A stretch of 63,853 nt of DNA, counting the filler, from Choristocarpus tenellus KU-1152 (Eukaryota > Protista > Phaeophyceae): assembly GCA_964200185.2 (NCBI GenBank). It is 11 parts of 11 records of this genome, joined end to end, with 100 filler letters (N's around TTAATTAATTAA, not from the genome) between each part and the next. Parts side by side here need not be neighbours in the genome. Positions count along the whole stretch, not along the records: positions 1 to 4,727 come from CAXNAD020013316.1; positions 4,828 to 11,027 come from CAXNAD020008698.1; 9 more parts are not named here. The stretch is one strand, 5' to 3'. The notes under the pieces are model-generated. The model was given only the letters and a program-made list of their open reading frames with translations. It was not told the DNA's origin and did not search any database. The position numbers were made by a program, and so were the translations under genes. Each line of letters begins with the position of its first letter. The stretch's first letter is position 1. Of this stretch, positions 1-10,998 are shown piece after piece.

Positions 1-468
1 GCCTTGCGTTGGATTGCTTGCTTGAATAATTAGTGCGGTCGGTGGAGTTGTTTGACTGTCGATGGTTGAGGTGGTAGAAAAAAATAGTACTTCGAAGTAG
101 TTTTTTCGGGGCGGCGTTTCATCGTCGTTTTGGATGGTTGATTGACTGAGAAGAAGTGTTAATTTCCAATATTTCTTAATTGTTTATCAAATATTGGTAT
201 CGTCGCCAAGTAGAAGAAGAAGCTATCACTAAGCGCATATAAGTATTGACATTATATGATGATCGACCTCTTTGTACGAATATCTCAGTCATGCCTGAGA
301 TATGGTTTGTTGCGATCTGCCGCTCTCCCCCACCCTGTCAGATACCCCGATCTGCATTTATCTATTTTCTCGGGCAAGTTGTTGGACTTGTCAGGGTGTT
401 TTCGGGCAACAGGCGGTCTTGGGCAGTGAGAAGGTCTAGGAGTGATCAGATTCGAAGCCGGGCGTATG

Positions 469-990
469 AACTTTGTTTGAGCTCTGCGCAATCCGTCAGA
501 CCACCCTGAGATTCATGATCCGGAAAATCCGTGCATTACGGTTTTCGGAAGTTGTAAATCCGATTATATCCGTACTTACAAATTGTTTAAAATACAAAGC
601 ACATACTTCCTTCATCTTGTACGTTTCCAAAGTTCCGAAACCAACTTTGTTTGAGCACTGGGCTATCTGTGGGACCACCCTGAGATCCATGATCCGGAAA
701 ATCCGTGTATTACGGTTTTAGGAAGTTGTAAATCCTATTATACCCATAGTTACAAATTGTTTAAAATACAAAGCACATACTTCATTGATCTTGTAAGTTT
801 CCAAAGTTCCGAAACCAACTTTGTTTGAGCACTGGGCTATCCGTGGGACCACCCTGAGATCCATGATCCTGAAAAACAGTGTATTACGTTTTTTGGAAGT
901 TGTAAATCCTATTATATCCGTACTTACAAATTGTTTAAAATACGAAGCACATATTTCAATTATTTTTTATGTTTCCAATGTTCAGTAGCC
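469..990 (+). repeat. 174-bp tandem repeat, about 3 copies
   Basis: Units start aactttgtttgagc at 469, 643 and 817; the third copy is diverged. Confidence 0.9.
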
Positions 991-1464
991 AAAACTTTAA
1001 AAAACAACTCTAACCCTCTACATATTTGAAGTACAAAATCTTACCAAATCGGACATATGGATTGTCATAAACTGTAGAGGCGATAAAAAGTGGTTCTTTG
1101 GGTAAAACTGATCACTTTTACCTAAGGATCCACTTTACACGTGCGTTAGGGTTTTTTTAAATAGTAAATCCAGTAATAACCGTTCTTAGAGTTATTAAAA
1201 ATACCAAGAACGCACTTTATGGGTCTCACACGTTTCCAATATTCAGAAACTAAAAGAAATCTTTCCAACTGGTACCCACTATTTATTTAAACACTAAATC
1301 CGCTTTTGGCGTCTTTAGTATTTAAATAAACACTAGAGACCACTAAAAAGCGGATCTATGGTATTCAAGATTAGCGCTGATCTTGTTTACCGTTGAACAC
1401 CCAAAACACGTGCGTTAGGGTTTTTACCAAATTCGAATGATATTCTAATCTTTACATCAAGAAA

Positions 1465-1910
1465 TACAGATACAAACCACATCCTTCATTGATCTCTAAT
1501 ACATTTGAAAGGTATGAAATGAAAAGATCACAAAAAACTGTCACTCTCTGTCTCTTTCCAATATAAAATCGTATGCTGTTCGATCTTCGTACTTTTTATA
1601 ACACAATTATCAAGGGAAAGACAAATCTGAGTTTTGAGGACCGACCGACCAGATGAAAGAAAGCAGCACCCAAATAATAATAATATTCTAGTCTTTGCAT
1701 CAACATATACAATTACAAACCACATCCTTCATTGATCCAATACGCTTAAAAGGTACGAAACGAAAAGGTCACAAAATCTGTTACTCTCTATCTCTTTCCA
1801 ATATGAAATCGTATGCCGTTCGATATTCGTATTGTTTGTAACACAATTGTCAAGGGAAAGATAAATCTGAGTTTTGAGGACCCAATGACCAGATGAAATA
1901 AAGCAGCACC
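1465..1910 (+). repeat. Direct duplication with a period of about 245 bp
   Basis: acaaaccacatccttcattgatc...aagcagcacc occurs at about 1472-1670 and about 1716-1910. Confidence 0.85.
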
Positions 1911-2851
1911 TCCCATCCCTCAGTCCTCATTTCAATTCCTTCCCCTCCGTACATACCACGCGCACCTGTTATTTACCGATCCCCGTCACACCCTCCCAAC
2001 CTTCGCCATGTCCGGCATTCGTTCAACAACAACCCACCCGCCCGCCGATGGCGCTGCCCATGGATCGAGAACGTGGTACAGCGATCTGAAGGGCATGTCC
2101 TCGCTCCTAGAACATCACTACCTCAGCACATACCAGATGAAACTCGGTAACATCACATGCACGGAGATGGTGCGTCCACTGAGCGAGCGTGGAGCCTTGC
2201 GCGCGTCAGCAAGTCTATCCGTGAAAAAGGCTGGCTGGAGCAGTTTTCTCCATCTGTGGTAATCCAGCTCATCGCCGAAACCGCGCTTGCCATTCCAGGA
2301 TGTACGCTGAACAGAAACCATTGAATAACGGTGCTGAAGAGGGAGTTTGATCCCGAACGCGCTTTCATGATACGGGTCTACATGGAGTTCAACCAAGCAG
2401 AAGAGAGGCTAATTGCCAGCGGTGGGTGATGGAGTGTTGTCGTTATTCCATGATCGCCTGATGACTCTTCTGATCTACCAAGTTGTTACCGAGTTTCCTT
2501 TGTTTGGTTCATCGTCAGTCAGCCCATTATTGATCTTTTCGCTGTTGATCTCTTTTATCCCTCGTGGTCTTTCTGTCGACAGCAACATGTTGCTCACTAC
2601 TGCCTACCGCGTGTGTCCCGCGACCGCTTCCCACCTACCCCTTGCCCAGTTCGCCCACTGCGATGTGCCGGCAGGTCCAACAACTTGTCCGAGTAAAATA
2701 GATAAATGAAGATCGGCGTATCTGACAGGGTAGGGGTGGGGGGTGGGGGGCAGATCGCAACAAACGATATCTCACGCACGGCTGAGATATTCGTACAAAG
2801 AGATCGATCATCATATAATGTCAATACTTATATGCGCTTACTGGTAGCTTC

Positions 2852-4469
2852 TGTCAAAATAGTATCATCATCGTCATCCCAACAAAGTGGACCTGCACCT
2901 TCGACACAAATGGAAGCTGGAGGCTAAGGAGACATGATATATGGTACGATCAATAACAAGCAAGAACTAGAGGTCATGAAGATACGTTGGGTACCTGGTA
3001 TGCCATGCCGAATATTGAGCAGTGGGACCCTGGGACAAGATGACAGAGTTAATCGAGGTAATGCAGTCGGAGCTGCAATCCTGAGCCTGAGCCTGAATCT
3101 GAGCCACAAGAATCTACCTATGGACCTAGAGCAGTGATCACAGCACTTGTCCCTGAAGGGGGCACGCCCATCGATTGGAGACCCCAAGATTCTTGCTTAC
3201 GGAATGAGAAAAGCAATTGCAGTATCTGCCACTAGGGGAGCAGGACATTAGCAAGAGCAGTAACTAAGCCTCCACCAGAAAGGAAAGGAGGACCTAACCG
3301 TGGGGAGCTTGGGAGCACTCTAGCCGCTGGGACCATAAACTCATGGAAGAGAACACAGAAGGTCAGCAGAAGAGGCGGCCAAGGTACAAATGGTCAACGT
3401 ATGGCCATATTACAACAAGATCCCCTACCAGAGACGAGATCAGGACCAACAGAAGATGTTTAAACTGTGGACTGATCAAGCATATTGGTCCTTGTTCTTT
3501 CGAAGGAATATGCTACAACTGTGGAGGTAACGGAAACCTTCAGATCGTTTGTCGGGCAAGGAGAGCGACACCGTCTTAACAGGTGGAGGAATTAGCTGGA
3601 CCCATAAAATAAAACCAGAGGAAGCTTGTCAGCAAAGGGCTGCCTGTACAAGACGTGTAAGTCCGGGAAGTAAATAAGATCTACTCCAGACCATCAAGAA
3701 CCGTCTTCCATACCAGAGGCACCCTGGCGAGGAAGGTTGTTAGCAAAGGACTTCACTCAACAAGAGGATGTACAAGACATTCAATTATGATAGGCTTCAA
3801 GCCTGGGGGAGTGAGTGCTACGTCCAACAAGAGAAACAGCAAAAGGGGGCTGGTTCAAATTTTTAACCATAAACTAAGCGAGGGGTCATCATGGGACACG
3901 ATTGTACGTCACTGTGTTGACTAGATGAATGACGTATGTTTGAGTTCAAGCAATCAGTGTTCTTCTATTGCGTTGACAAGATAAATGTGATGTGTGTGAG
4001 AATTGAACCAATCTGACGTCTTTTAATTCCATTTTTCATGGGGAAGTGTGCAGAATGGGAGTGTGCACAATAAGATCTTTTAAGTTTGAGAGTACCAGCA
4101 ACTCTTTCATTGCCTGCACTCTCATGGGGGAGTGTGCAAAATAGGATAATAGTCAGGTATACCTTATTTTGTGTATGAGAGATAGTCATTTTGATTAAGT
4201 GCATGTGATGTAACTAATGAGAAAGTACATCAGAATTATGAATGGAATATGTGTAAGTTTTGCTGATTTGAATTCAACTACTTTGATTTAATTGTTGACT
4301 TCTGTAGGAAGCACCTATAATAATAAAACAAGCAATGGGAAGAGACCCCACAAAGGTCACTCTTCTAATTTCAACCATGTGATCACATTCAGCAAAGGGG
4401 GTCGTATGAGGCTTCACACCTTATCTTCACTACTAACAAATATCATTACCTCCCAAGGTAATTTGCACA
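2852..4469 (+). mobile_element. Internally deleted LTR retrotransposon (Copia-like) with gag zinc-knuckle remnant and 3' LTR (4133-4469)
   Basis: Starts TG (tgtcaaaatag) and ends CA. A polypurine tract gggggag (4126-4132) is followed by tgtgcaaa...tttgcaca, an 8-bp perfect inverted repeat. Gag-like CLNCGLIKHIGPC..CYNCGGNGN at about 3460-3552. Imperfect 5-bp TSD gcttc/atttc splits the host inverted repeat. Confidence 0.7.
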
Positions 4470-4727
4470 ATTTCTTCTTCTACTTGGCGACGATAGTAAT
4501 ATTTGATCATTTAATTATATGGGAAAATAACACTTCTCAGTCACTCAACCATCCATAATGACGATGAAACGCCGCCCCGAAAAAAACTACTTCAAAGTAC
4601 TATTTTTCTCTATCACCTCCACCATTGACAGCCAAACGACTCCACCGACCGCACTAATTATTCAAGCAAGCAAATCCAACGCAGGGCATACATGTGCACG
4701 AAGATCAAACGAAATCATTGCCGCCCC

Positions 4728-4827
4728 NNNNNNNNNNNNNNNNNNNNNNNNNNNNNNNNNNNNNNNNNNNNTTAATTAATTAANNNNNNNNNNNNNNNNN
4801 NNNNNNNNNNNNNNNNNNNNNNNNNNN
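4728..4827. other. Assembly gap with an artificial six-frame-stop linker (also at 11028, 19178, 28443, 35112, 41511, 47414, 51945, 56217, 60134)
   Basis: An identical 100-bp N-run / TTAATTAATTAA / N-run block at every gap. Confidence 0.95.
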
Positions 4828-4851
4828 AGAAAGGGAAGGGGTGGAGGAGGG

Positions 4852-4897
<46 letters not shown>

Positions 4898-5276
4898 AAC
4901 TGAGTCAACAGTTCTTGCAAAAACATTGACAATTCATTAGAACTAAAGAAATCTTCGTAGGACAAAGGTTAGGGTTAGGGTTAGGGTTAGGGTTAGTGTT
5001 AGTCCTGATTGCCAACCATAGTGTATCTTAGCTGTGGACTACTAATAGCAGCCTCACCAAGTAAAAAAAGTCATCACATAATCCTCATACACACTCCTAT
5101 TACTGCTATTTATAAAAAAAAAGAAGCAACAATTAACAGAAAGATTCTTATAAGAAATCTCCTTTCATCGAAGCAACAGCTAACGGCAGTATTGTTGAAA
5201 AAACAATCCTCCAATACTCTCATCAAAGAGCCTATTTGTACCATTACCATTACCATTACCATTACCATTACCTCAC

Positions 5277-7731
5277 CTGACTTATCTCCTTCAATGATGA
5301 TGGGCTCCTCGTTCTCCTCAGACACCAGTACAGCACACATATGAGAGTTCTAACAAGGAGTGTGTCATGCGAAAAACACCATCAAATTTGATGTTGAAGT
5401 TGATGTTGAAGTTGATGTTTACATTTGCAAACATAGGGGGGAAGGGGGGTGGGGTCAGGGTAGTCACAAGTGAAACTGTCGTGCCTTGAGAAAACCAGTC
5501 GGAAGACAGAATTTTAGTAACCCTAACTCTTAACCCTAACCCTAACCCTGACAGAAAAAGGTATAGTGCACTAAAGAGAGGAAGGTACATATGGTTTGGT
5601 GCAACAAGGGAAGGCGGTTCTACACAATCATAAAAGGCGTGCACCACAATGGAAAACACGCAGAAACAATGAGTGTGAACAACAATCAAAGAGAAAAAAA
5701 ATAAAAAAAGGGAAAGAAAGAAAGCTCTGGTGAAATGACTAGCACAAGACACGAGTCAACCAAGGGCAGTACCAATTCATAGATTAATTCATAGATTAAT
5801 CCTCTTTTACTGCATTCAACTTGTCTGGTACAAGCAAGTGCAGCTACTCAAGCCTAGCCGATGATATTCATGGCTACATGAAAACACTGTCAAGACTCAC
5901 AGTAAGGGCATTGATCATAATCTCGTTCGAGAGGATGTCAAGCTTCTTGACCTGGTCCCCGGTGGAATTCTCACTTCCTGCAAGGCCGTACAGCCCGGCA
6001 ATCCCTAAGGTATGAAAGGTCAAGGGATAAAAAGTGAAACCCCCCCCCCAAAAAAAAAGGAAAAAAAAAAGGATGAGCATCGTGTAGAGTGTAACATCCA
6101 TTCCCTTGTTGCAATAAATAAGGACATTGCTGTGCAATAGAAGTGAGTGATGAAATCGTTAACTCAAGCACTAACCCTAACCCTAACCCTAGAAATATTC
6201 TACATGTAGAAATATTCTAGGTGGTAAAGAGGAGAACTCAGGACGACCTCATCATACCCCTTCACTCCAGCACTAACCCTAACCCTATCTGAAACTCTAG
6301 TATGTAAGTGAAATGTACAGACAGTTTACGAAAAAATAAAGAGAAAAGGAGAAAAAAAAATTAAATGTGAGCCAAAGTACCTCAGGGTTAGGGGTACAGC
6401 CACGTCCATTTGGAGGTCAAAATCCAAAGTTGCGATTTCGATGTAATTTTGACTATCTTGTTTCTTGAGAAGTGTCAATATCCTTGCTCTGGACACACCT
6501 TTTCATGACATACACATTTTACCTACTGCACAAACATTTTGGAGTATAAAAATGTAATAAAAAAAATCCATGGGAAGTATAAAAATGTAATAAAAACAAT
6601 CATGGGAAGTCAAACCCCAAACGGACAAACAGGGCAAAACTCGTACCCTAACCCTAACATACTTTCACTCTGAGTTACTGAGATCCAAAAAAAATTCTCT
6701 CCTCCACTACTGATGGCGTGTGCTGGTATCACACAATGCACTTGGACAGTATCGCTCAGCATCTTGAACTCACTTTAATTTCCCCAGAAGGGATCGGGAT
6801 AACCCTTCACCTGAGCACAATGATGACGTCAAGAACTGGGTTCTCCTAACCACAACCCACCGACAACATGATCCCAAACCGCAATTTTTGGCTTGCTGAC
6901 ACAACACCTATTCCCGCCCATAACCCTAAAACTCAGCCCACTTTCTAAGCCAAGGATTACCAGGACAAGATTCTTTTGATCCTCTTTCATTCCCTAACTC
7001 GATACAACCTGAATAAACTAGTAGGGCAACAGGGCTTGGACAGTTCAAGTTGTATTTCAAAGCATAAGCAGTTTCACATCTCAACAATGAACTGCACAAC
7101 GTGAATTTGCAAAGCCATTGCTGGTGAGGAGGAGGAAATCATTGTATCTAGTGCATATAGTCCCAAGTATTAGAGCATTTGGGGGTGGGGCATCAAAGAA
7201 AAGGCAGGGAGGGCAGATTGTAGATGGGTGCAAAGGTAGGCTCAATATACACGGAAAGTGGGTAGTAAAGGAGATCCTTGATACCGTGGGGTGAGGTTCG
7301 TTGCTACGACAGAGGCGCGCAACAGAACATCTCTTATCACCCTCAGAACGTTAGTGTTCATCATGTTCAGCCTCAAAAAAAGGCGTGTACATGGCATACA
7401 GCATATTTACGACCTTACTTCAAATACTTGGTTTCAATGTAGGCCTTCGTCGCTGAATCTTTTGATCGAACCTCACTTCGATTTTTGACAAACAATATCA
7501 CTCGTTGACCTCCAAGACAATTTCCTCACCCAGCCTCTCCTGGGATCCACCAAATTACCAACAGTCAAAAACTGGCTCACCAGCCTTCCGCACAGCGCGA
7601 GTGATGGCCTTGCAAGAGAGCTGGATGGCAGTCATGAGCATGGTCAAATCTTGGTCACCGGTATTGGCCATCATGAAGGCCGAGAGGGTAGGGACCCCAG
7701 AAACGTTCACCTTATCGGGGTCGAATGACAT
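5277..7731 (-). CDS. FBP: Fructose-1,6-bisphosphatase class I, cytosolic type; exons 1-3 only (7581-7731, 5901-6004, 5277-5349), remaining exons in the gap or outside the window
   Basis: In-phase GT-AG splicing gives [109 protein letters not shown]. This contains the FBPase motifs N.TGD.VKKLD.LSN and LVSEE. No targeting presequence. Confidence 0.95.
6369..6670 (-). mobile_element. MITE family A copy (Sola2-like termini) in FBPase intron 1
   Basis: Termini gagccaaagtacctcaggg / ccctaacatactttcactc; interior matches the other family A copies in reverse orientation. Confidence 0.75.
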
Positions 7732-8399
7732 GGCTGCTAGAGATGCAAGATGGAAAGAGGTCTACCGGTGCTGAAACCTGTGACAGGTGTGTCAGAAGCC
7801 GTTGACAACATCAGGCGGGACAGTCACATATATAGAGAGAGTGTATGATATTGTTCAGATCAGTGACTACGAAACCTCTCCATCACCACAATATCTGGTT
7901 TGATGAGGTGGTGGGAAAAGTACTTGCGTTTTGGGAGCGTACAAACCACTTCTAGATCCAAGGTCGATCTTCACATAACAATCAATGACTAGAGCATCAA
8001 TCCACCTCAATATTATCATTCGTCCTCGCACCTGCAGGATTTGACGGGAAGGAGGTGTAGAGGATCGTAGAGAGGACTATGAGACGGTGCATGCGTTGCA
8101 AAAGTTGGATTCGGACATTTCTACATCAACTTTTTCAATATTCTCCTTCCACTCAGAAAAAACAGAAGAAAAAGATGAAGTTGTAATTTTTTTGGTGATA
8201 TCTTTTTCATTTGTCAAGAATGTTCATTTTCAAAGGTCAAAGGTTGTATTATATTGAATTGGCGTTTCCAGTTACACACCTGGAAAATATGAGAGGGGAT
8301 AATAATATAATTTGGTGAGATTTTATTGGATATAATACGATACGTCTTAGAATATCTTTAACATTTATGATAACTGTTACTTTTACTGATTAGACTTTT

Positions 8400-8815
8400 C
8401 ATTGGTTTTTGTGATGACGCATCTCCAAATGTCAAAGGATACAATGATATATACTTAGCAGGAAAGGAGTAGTCGAATCCCGGCTACGCCAAATTGTCTC
8501 GGTGACTATGCGAGTGGCACTGTCTAGACGTGTCATGAGTTTTAAGCTAGAGTCACCAGGAGATGGCACGGAGGGGTTTATTGGATTCTTGGGATGCCTC
8601 CCTAGCTCCTCCCCCCGGGTGCAGGAGTAGGTAGATTAGAGGCACAGGAAGGCAGTATAGTACAACATTGATAGTGGTAAAGTAATAAATATATTAGTGT
8701 TTTTCATTTATGATACTTTAATTCTTTAGGGCTTATACTGACATAATATGTATGGTTGTCATTTGTTTCCCCCCTGACACATCTCCAAAATGTCAGAGGG
8801 CATAATAATAAATGT
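8400..8815 (+). repeat. Dispersed repeat family D (about 400 bp, bounded by a directly repeated tgaca..tgtca hairpin motif)
   Basis: The motif ggtttcccccctgacacatctgcaaaatgtca.agggcataataat recurs at about 8400, 8760, 9680, 35720 and 56000, and reversed at about 34725, 34822 and 36445. Confidence 0.65.
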
Positions 8816-9194
8816 ACATAAATATACTATTTTCTTTCAGTAGTTGCATCCTAAGGTAGCATCAATTTACCTTGTTCCAACCCGCCAATAGGATGGGCAC
8901 ATCTGCCCCCAAAACATCCCCTACACTATGGACACTCTACTTCTTTGAACAGATATCTGTTTCTTCATTATGGCACTGCGATTGTGTTATTCTAGGTGGT
9001 AGGTTGAACGGATTGTTGGGTTATATTTACCCTGTGAGTCACTCAGGCAAGAGTGGTGAAGATTGCCAGGCAAAACGGAAGAGACGGACCAAGACGAACC
9101 GTATCTGAGACGATGAGGGTAAGGTTGGACATGACCACAAGGACTGAGGAAAGTGGGGATGATCATGCTTCGGAAGGGGTTCAGAAAATAATCC

Positions 9195-9612
9195 CGCCAG
9201 AAACGAGAAATCTGGGAAAGATGGGAAATCCGCACTCAGAAAAAGTGGTGGTGAAGAGAAGCCACAGGAAGTCACAGAAACCTATCTTTCCTATTATCCT
9301 CCACAGTTGAACAGGAGTTCTCAGAAAGAACCTCAATCGGTATGTAGGTATCTAGCATACGGCAAAAACAGGATGCTAACAGATAACCCTCCTTTCACAT
9401 CACCTCCCTTCTTCAGAAAAGAAACTCGCAAGAGACGGAAAATCCTGGAGAGATGGGAAATCCGCTTTCAGAAACGTGGTGATGACGAGGAGACACGGGA
9501 AGTCACAAAAACCTATCTTTCCGATTATCCTCCACAGTTGAACGGGAGTTCTCAGAAAAAACATGAATCGGTATGTAGGTATATAGCATACGACAATAAC
9601 AGGATACTTTAT
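9195..9612 (+). repeat. Tandem duplication, period about 230 bp
   Basis: gatgggaaatccgc..cctatctttcc.attatcctccacagttgaac.ggagttctcagaaa..aatcggtatgtaggtat occurs twice. Confidence 0.85.
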
Positions 9613-10609
9613 AGTGTTCTCACGTTTAGGATATTTTATTTCTTTAATAAGGCTAATAATGACATATGTGTAGTTTTCATTGGTTTCCCCCCTGACACAT
9701 CTGCAAAATGTCAAAGGGCATAATAATAAAATACTAACGGACAACCCTCCTTTCCACATCACCCTCTTTCTCATGACTTTCAAAACTATGTAAGCATGAT
9801 TAGGAGTCAACCAAAAAGTGAGCCCTGGGAGAAAATGGGAAACAGGTGTGACTGTTTACATTCTATTCCACCATTATAATGCACTACTTCATTATTACAA
9901 AATGAAGTATAATGCGTAAGCATCACGTTGATGAATAACTGATCAGGACACCATTAGTCAAAGGTTGATGTTATGTGGTCAGCATCACACATTAAGCTCA
10001 TGGACCAGGTCTATGGGCATGGGGCCAGCAATATGGTCAGCCTGAATGGAAGTCGAGAGGTATATAGGGTCAGCAAAATGTGGCCTCTATATCTTATACA
10101 AACGGAGGATACTCAAGAATAGGGATATGAGAGTCAAACACTTTATAATGTCAAAACTATTTGACAAGAGTTTGAGTTCTGACCTTGATAAACGAGTGTT
10201 GTACGATGATTTTGATCAACACTCTAATGTGTGAAAACACAAGCGCTTGCACATGATCGAAAATTAACACAGCAGACGATGGGTTCAATGGACGATGTGT
10301 GCACACTTCTCCCTCACTTTCCTACATGATTGGAAATATTGCTCACAACCACTACAATATTCCAAGTGGACACAAGGACGTATGATGTTGGTGGCTCAAG
10401 TCTCATTATGATATGAGGTGACCGTGCGGTCATTGCACCATGTGGGGGAGGCATGCCAATCAGGAACAAAGAATGAATGAGGCTCACAGAATATCTTATC
10501 ACTTGCCAGTAGTGAACTTGAATATTTGTCTTTTGTTCAGGTTAGTCATTTCATGATGAGCAATATATACATTTCATGAAAATGAGATAAGTAATGAACA
10601 ACCACCTCT

Positions 10610-10998
10610 AGCACACAGGAGTGCTAATGTACCAACCTGGAACTAATACATGCTAATGTGGGTCAGTCTTTTGTGCAGGAAGATGTCGAGGAGGACATCT
10701 ACATTGAACTATAAGAGGATGTGGTAGCCACATGAGGACCGGTTGACAAACTCAAGAGGTCTCCATATGGTTTGGTTAGGGCATCGCACAATTGACATGA
10801 GAAATTGGTCAGGACACTCAAGGGGCTAGGTTTTGAACAGTGTCAGACTGATCCATATTTGCTACGTTTGGTGGAAAACGGTGATATCCAAATGCTGATA
10901 GCCAGTCGTGTGGATGATTTGCTGATGACTAGCCGGATGGTAAAGACGTGCAGAGCGGTGTTGGAACCTCTGAATAAGGAATTCTCTGTGAAGGTTTC
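10610..10998 (+). mobile_element. Ty1/Copia reverse transcriptase pseudogene fragment
   Basis: NVGQSFVQEDVEEDIYIEL..KLKRSPYGLVRASHN*HEKLVRTLKGLGFEQCQTDPYLL..ASRVDDLLM matches the Copia RT motifs (DV..AFL, LYGLKQ, YVDD), with stop codons. Truncated by a family B MITE start at about 11000. Confidence 0.85.

Larger units (their letters stand above)
1..4687. mobile_element. Foldback-like / long-TIR DNA element (non-autonomous or decayed) with internal tandem repeats and a nested LTR insertion in its right arm
   Basis: 1-391 is the diverged reverse complement of 2671-2851 joined to 4470-4687 (e.g. gcgcatataagtattgacattatatgatgatcg vs cgatcatcatataatgtcaatacttatatgcgc). The left arm runs off the window and the right arm ends near a gap. 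No recognisable transposase motif. Confidence 0.6.

Noticed and set aside
4772-4783. Palindromic TTAATTAATTAA recurring ten times
   Set aside because: Always embedded in identical N runs; an artificial scaffolding linker.
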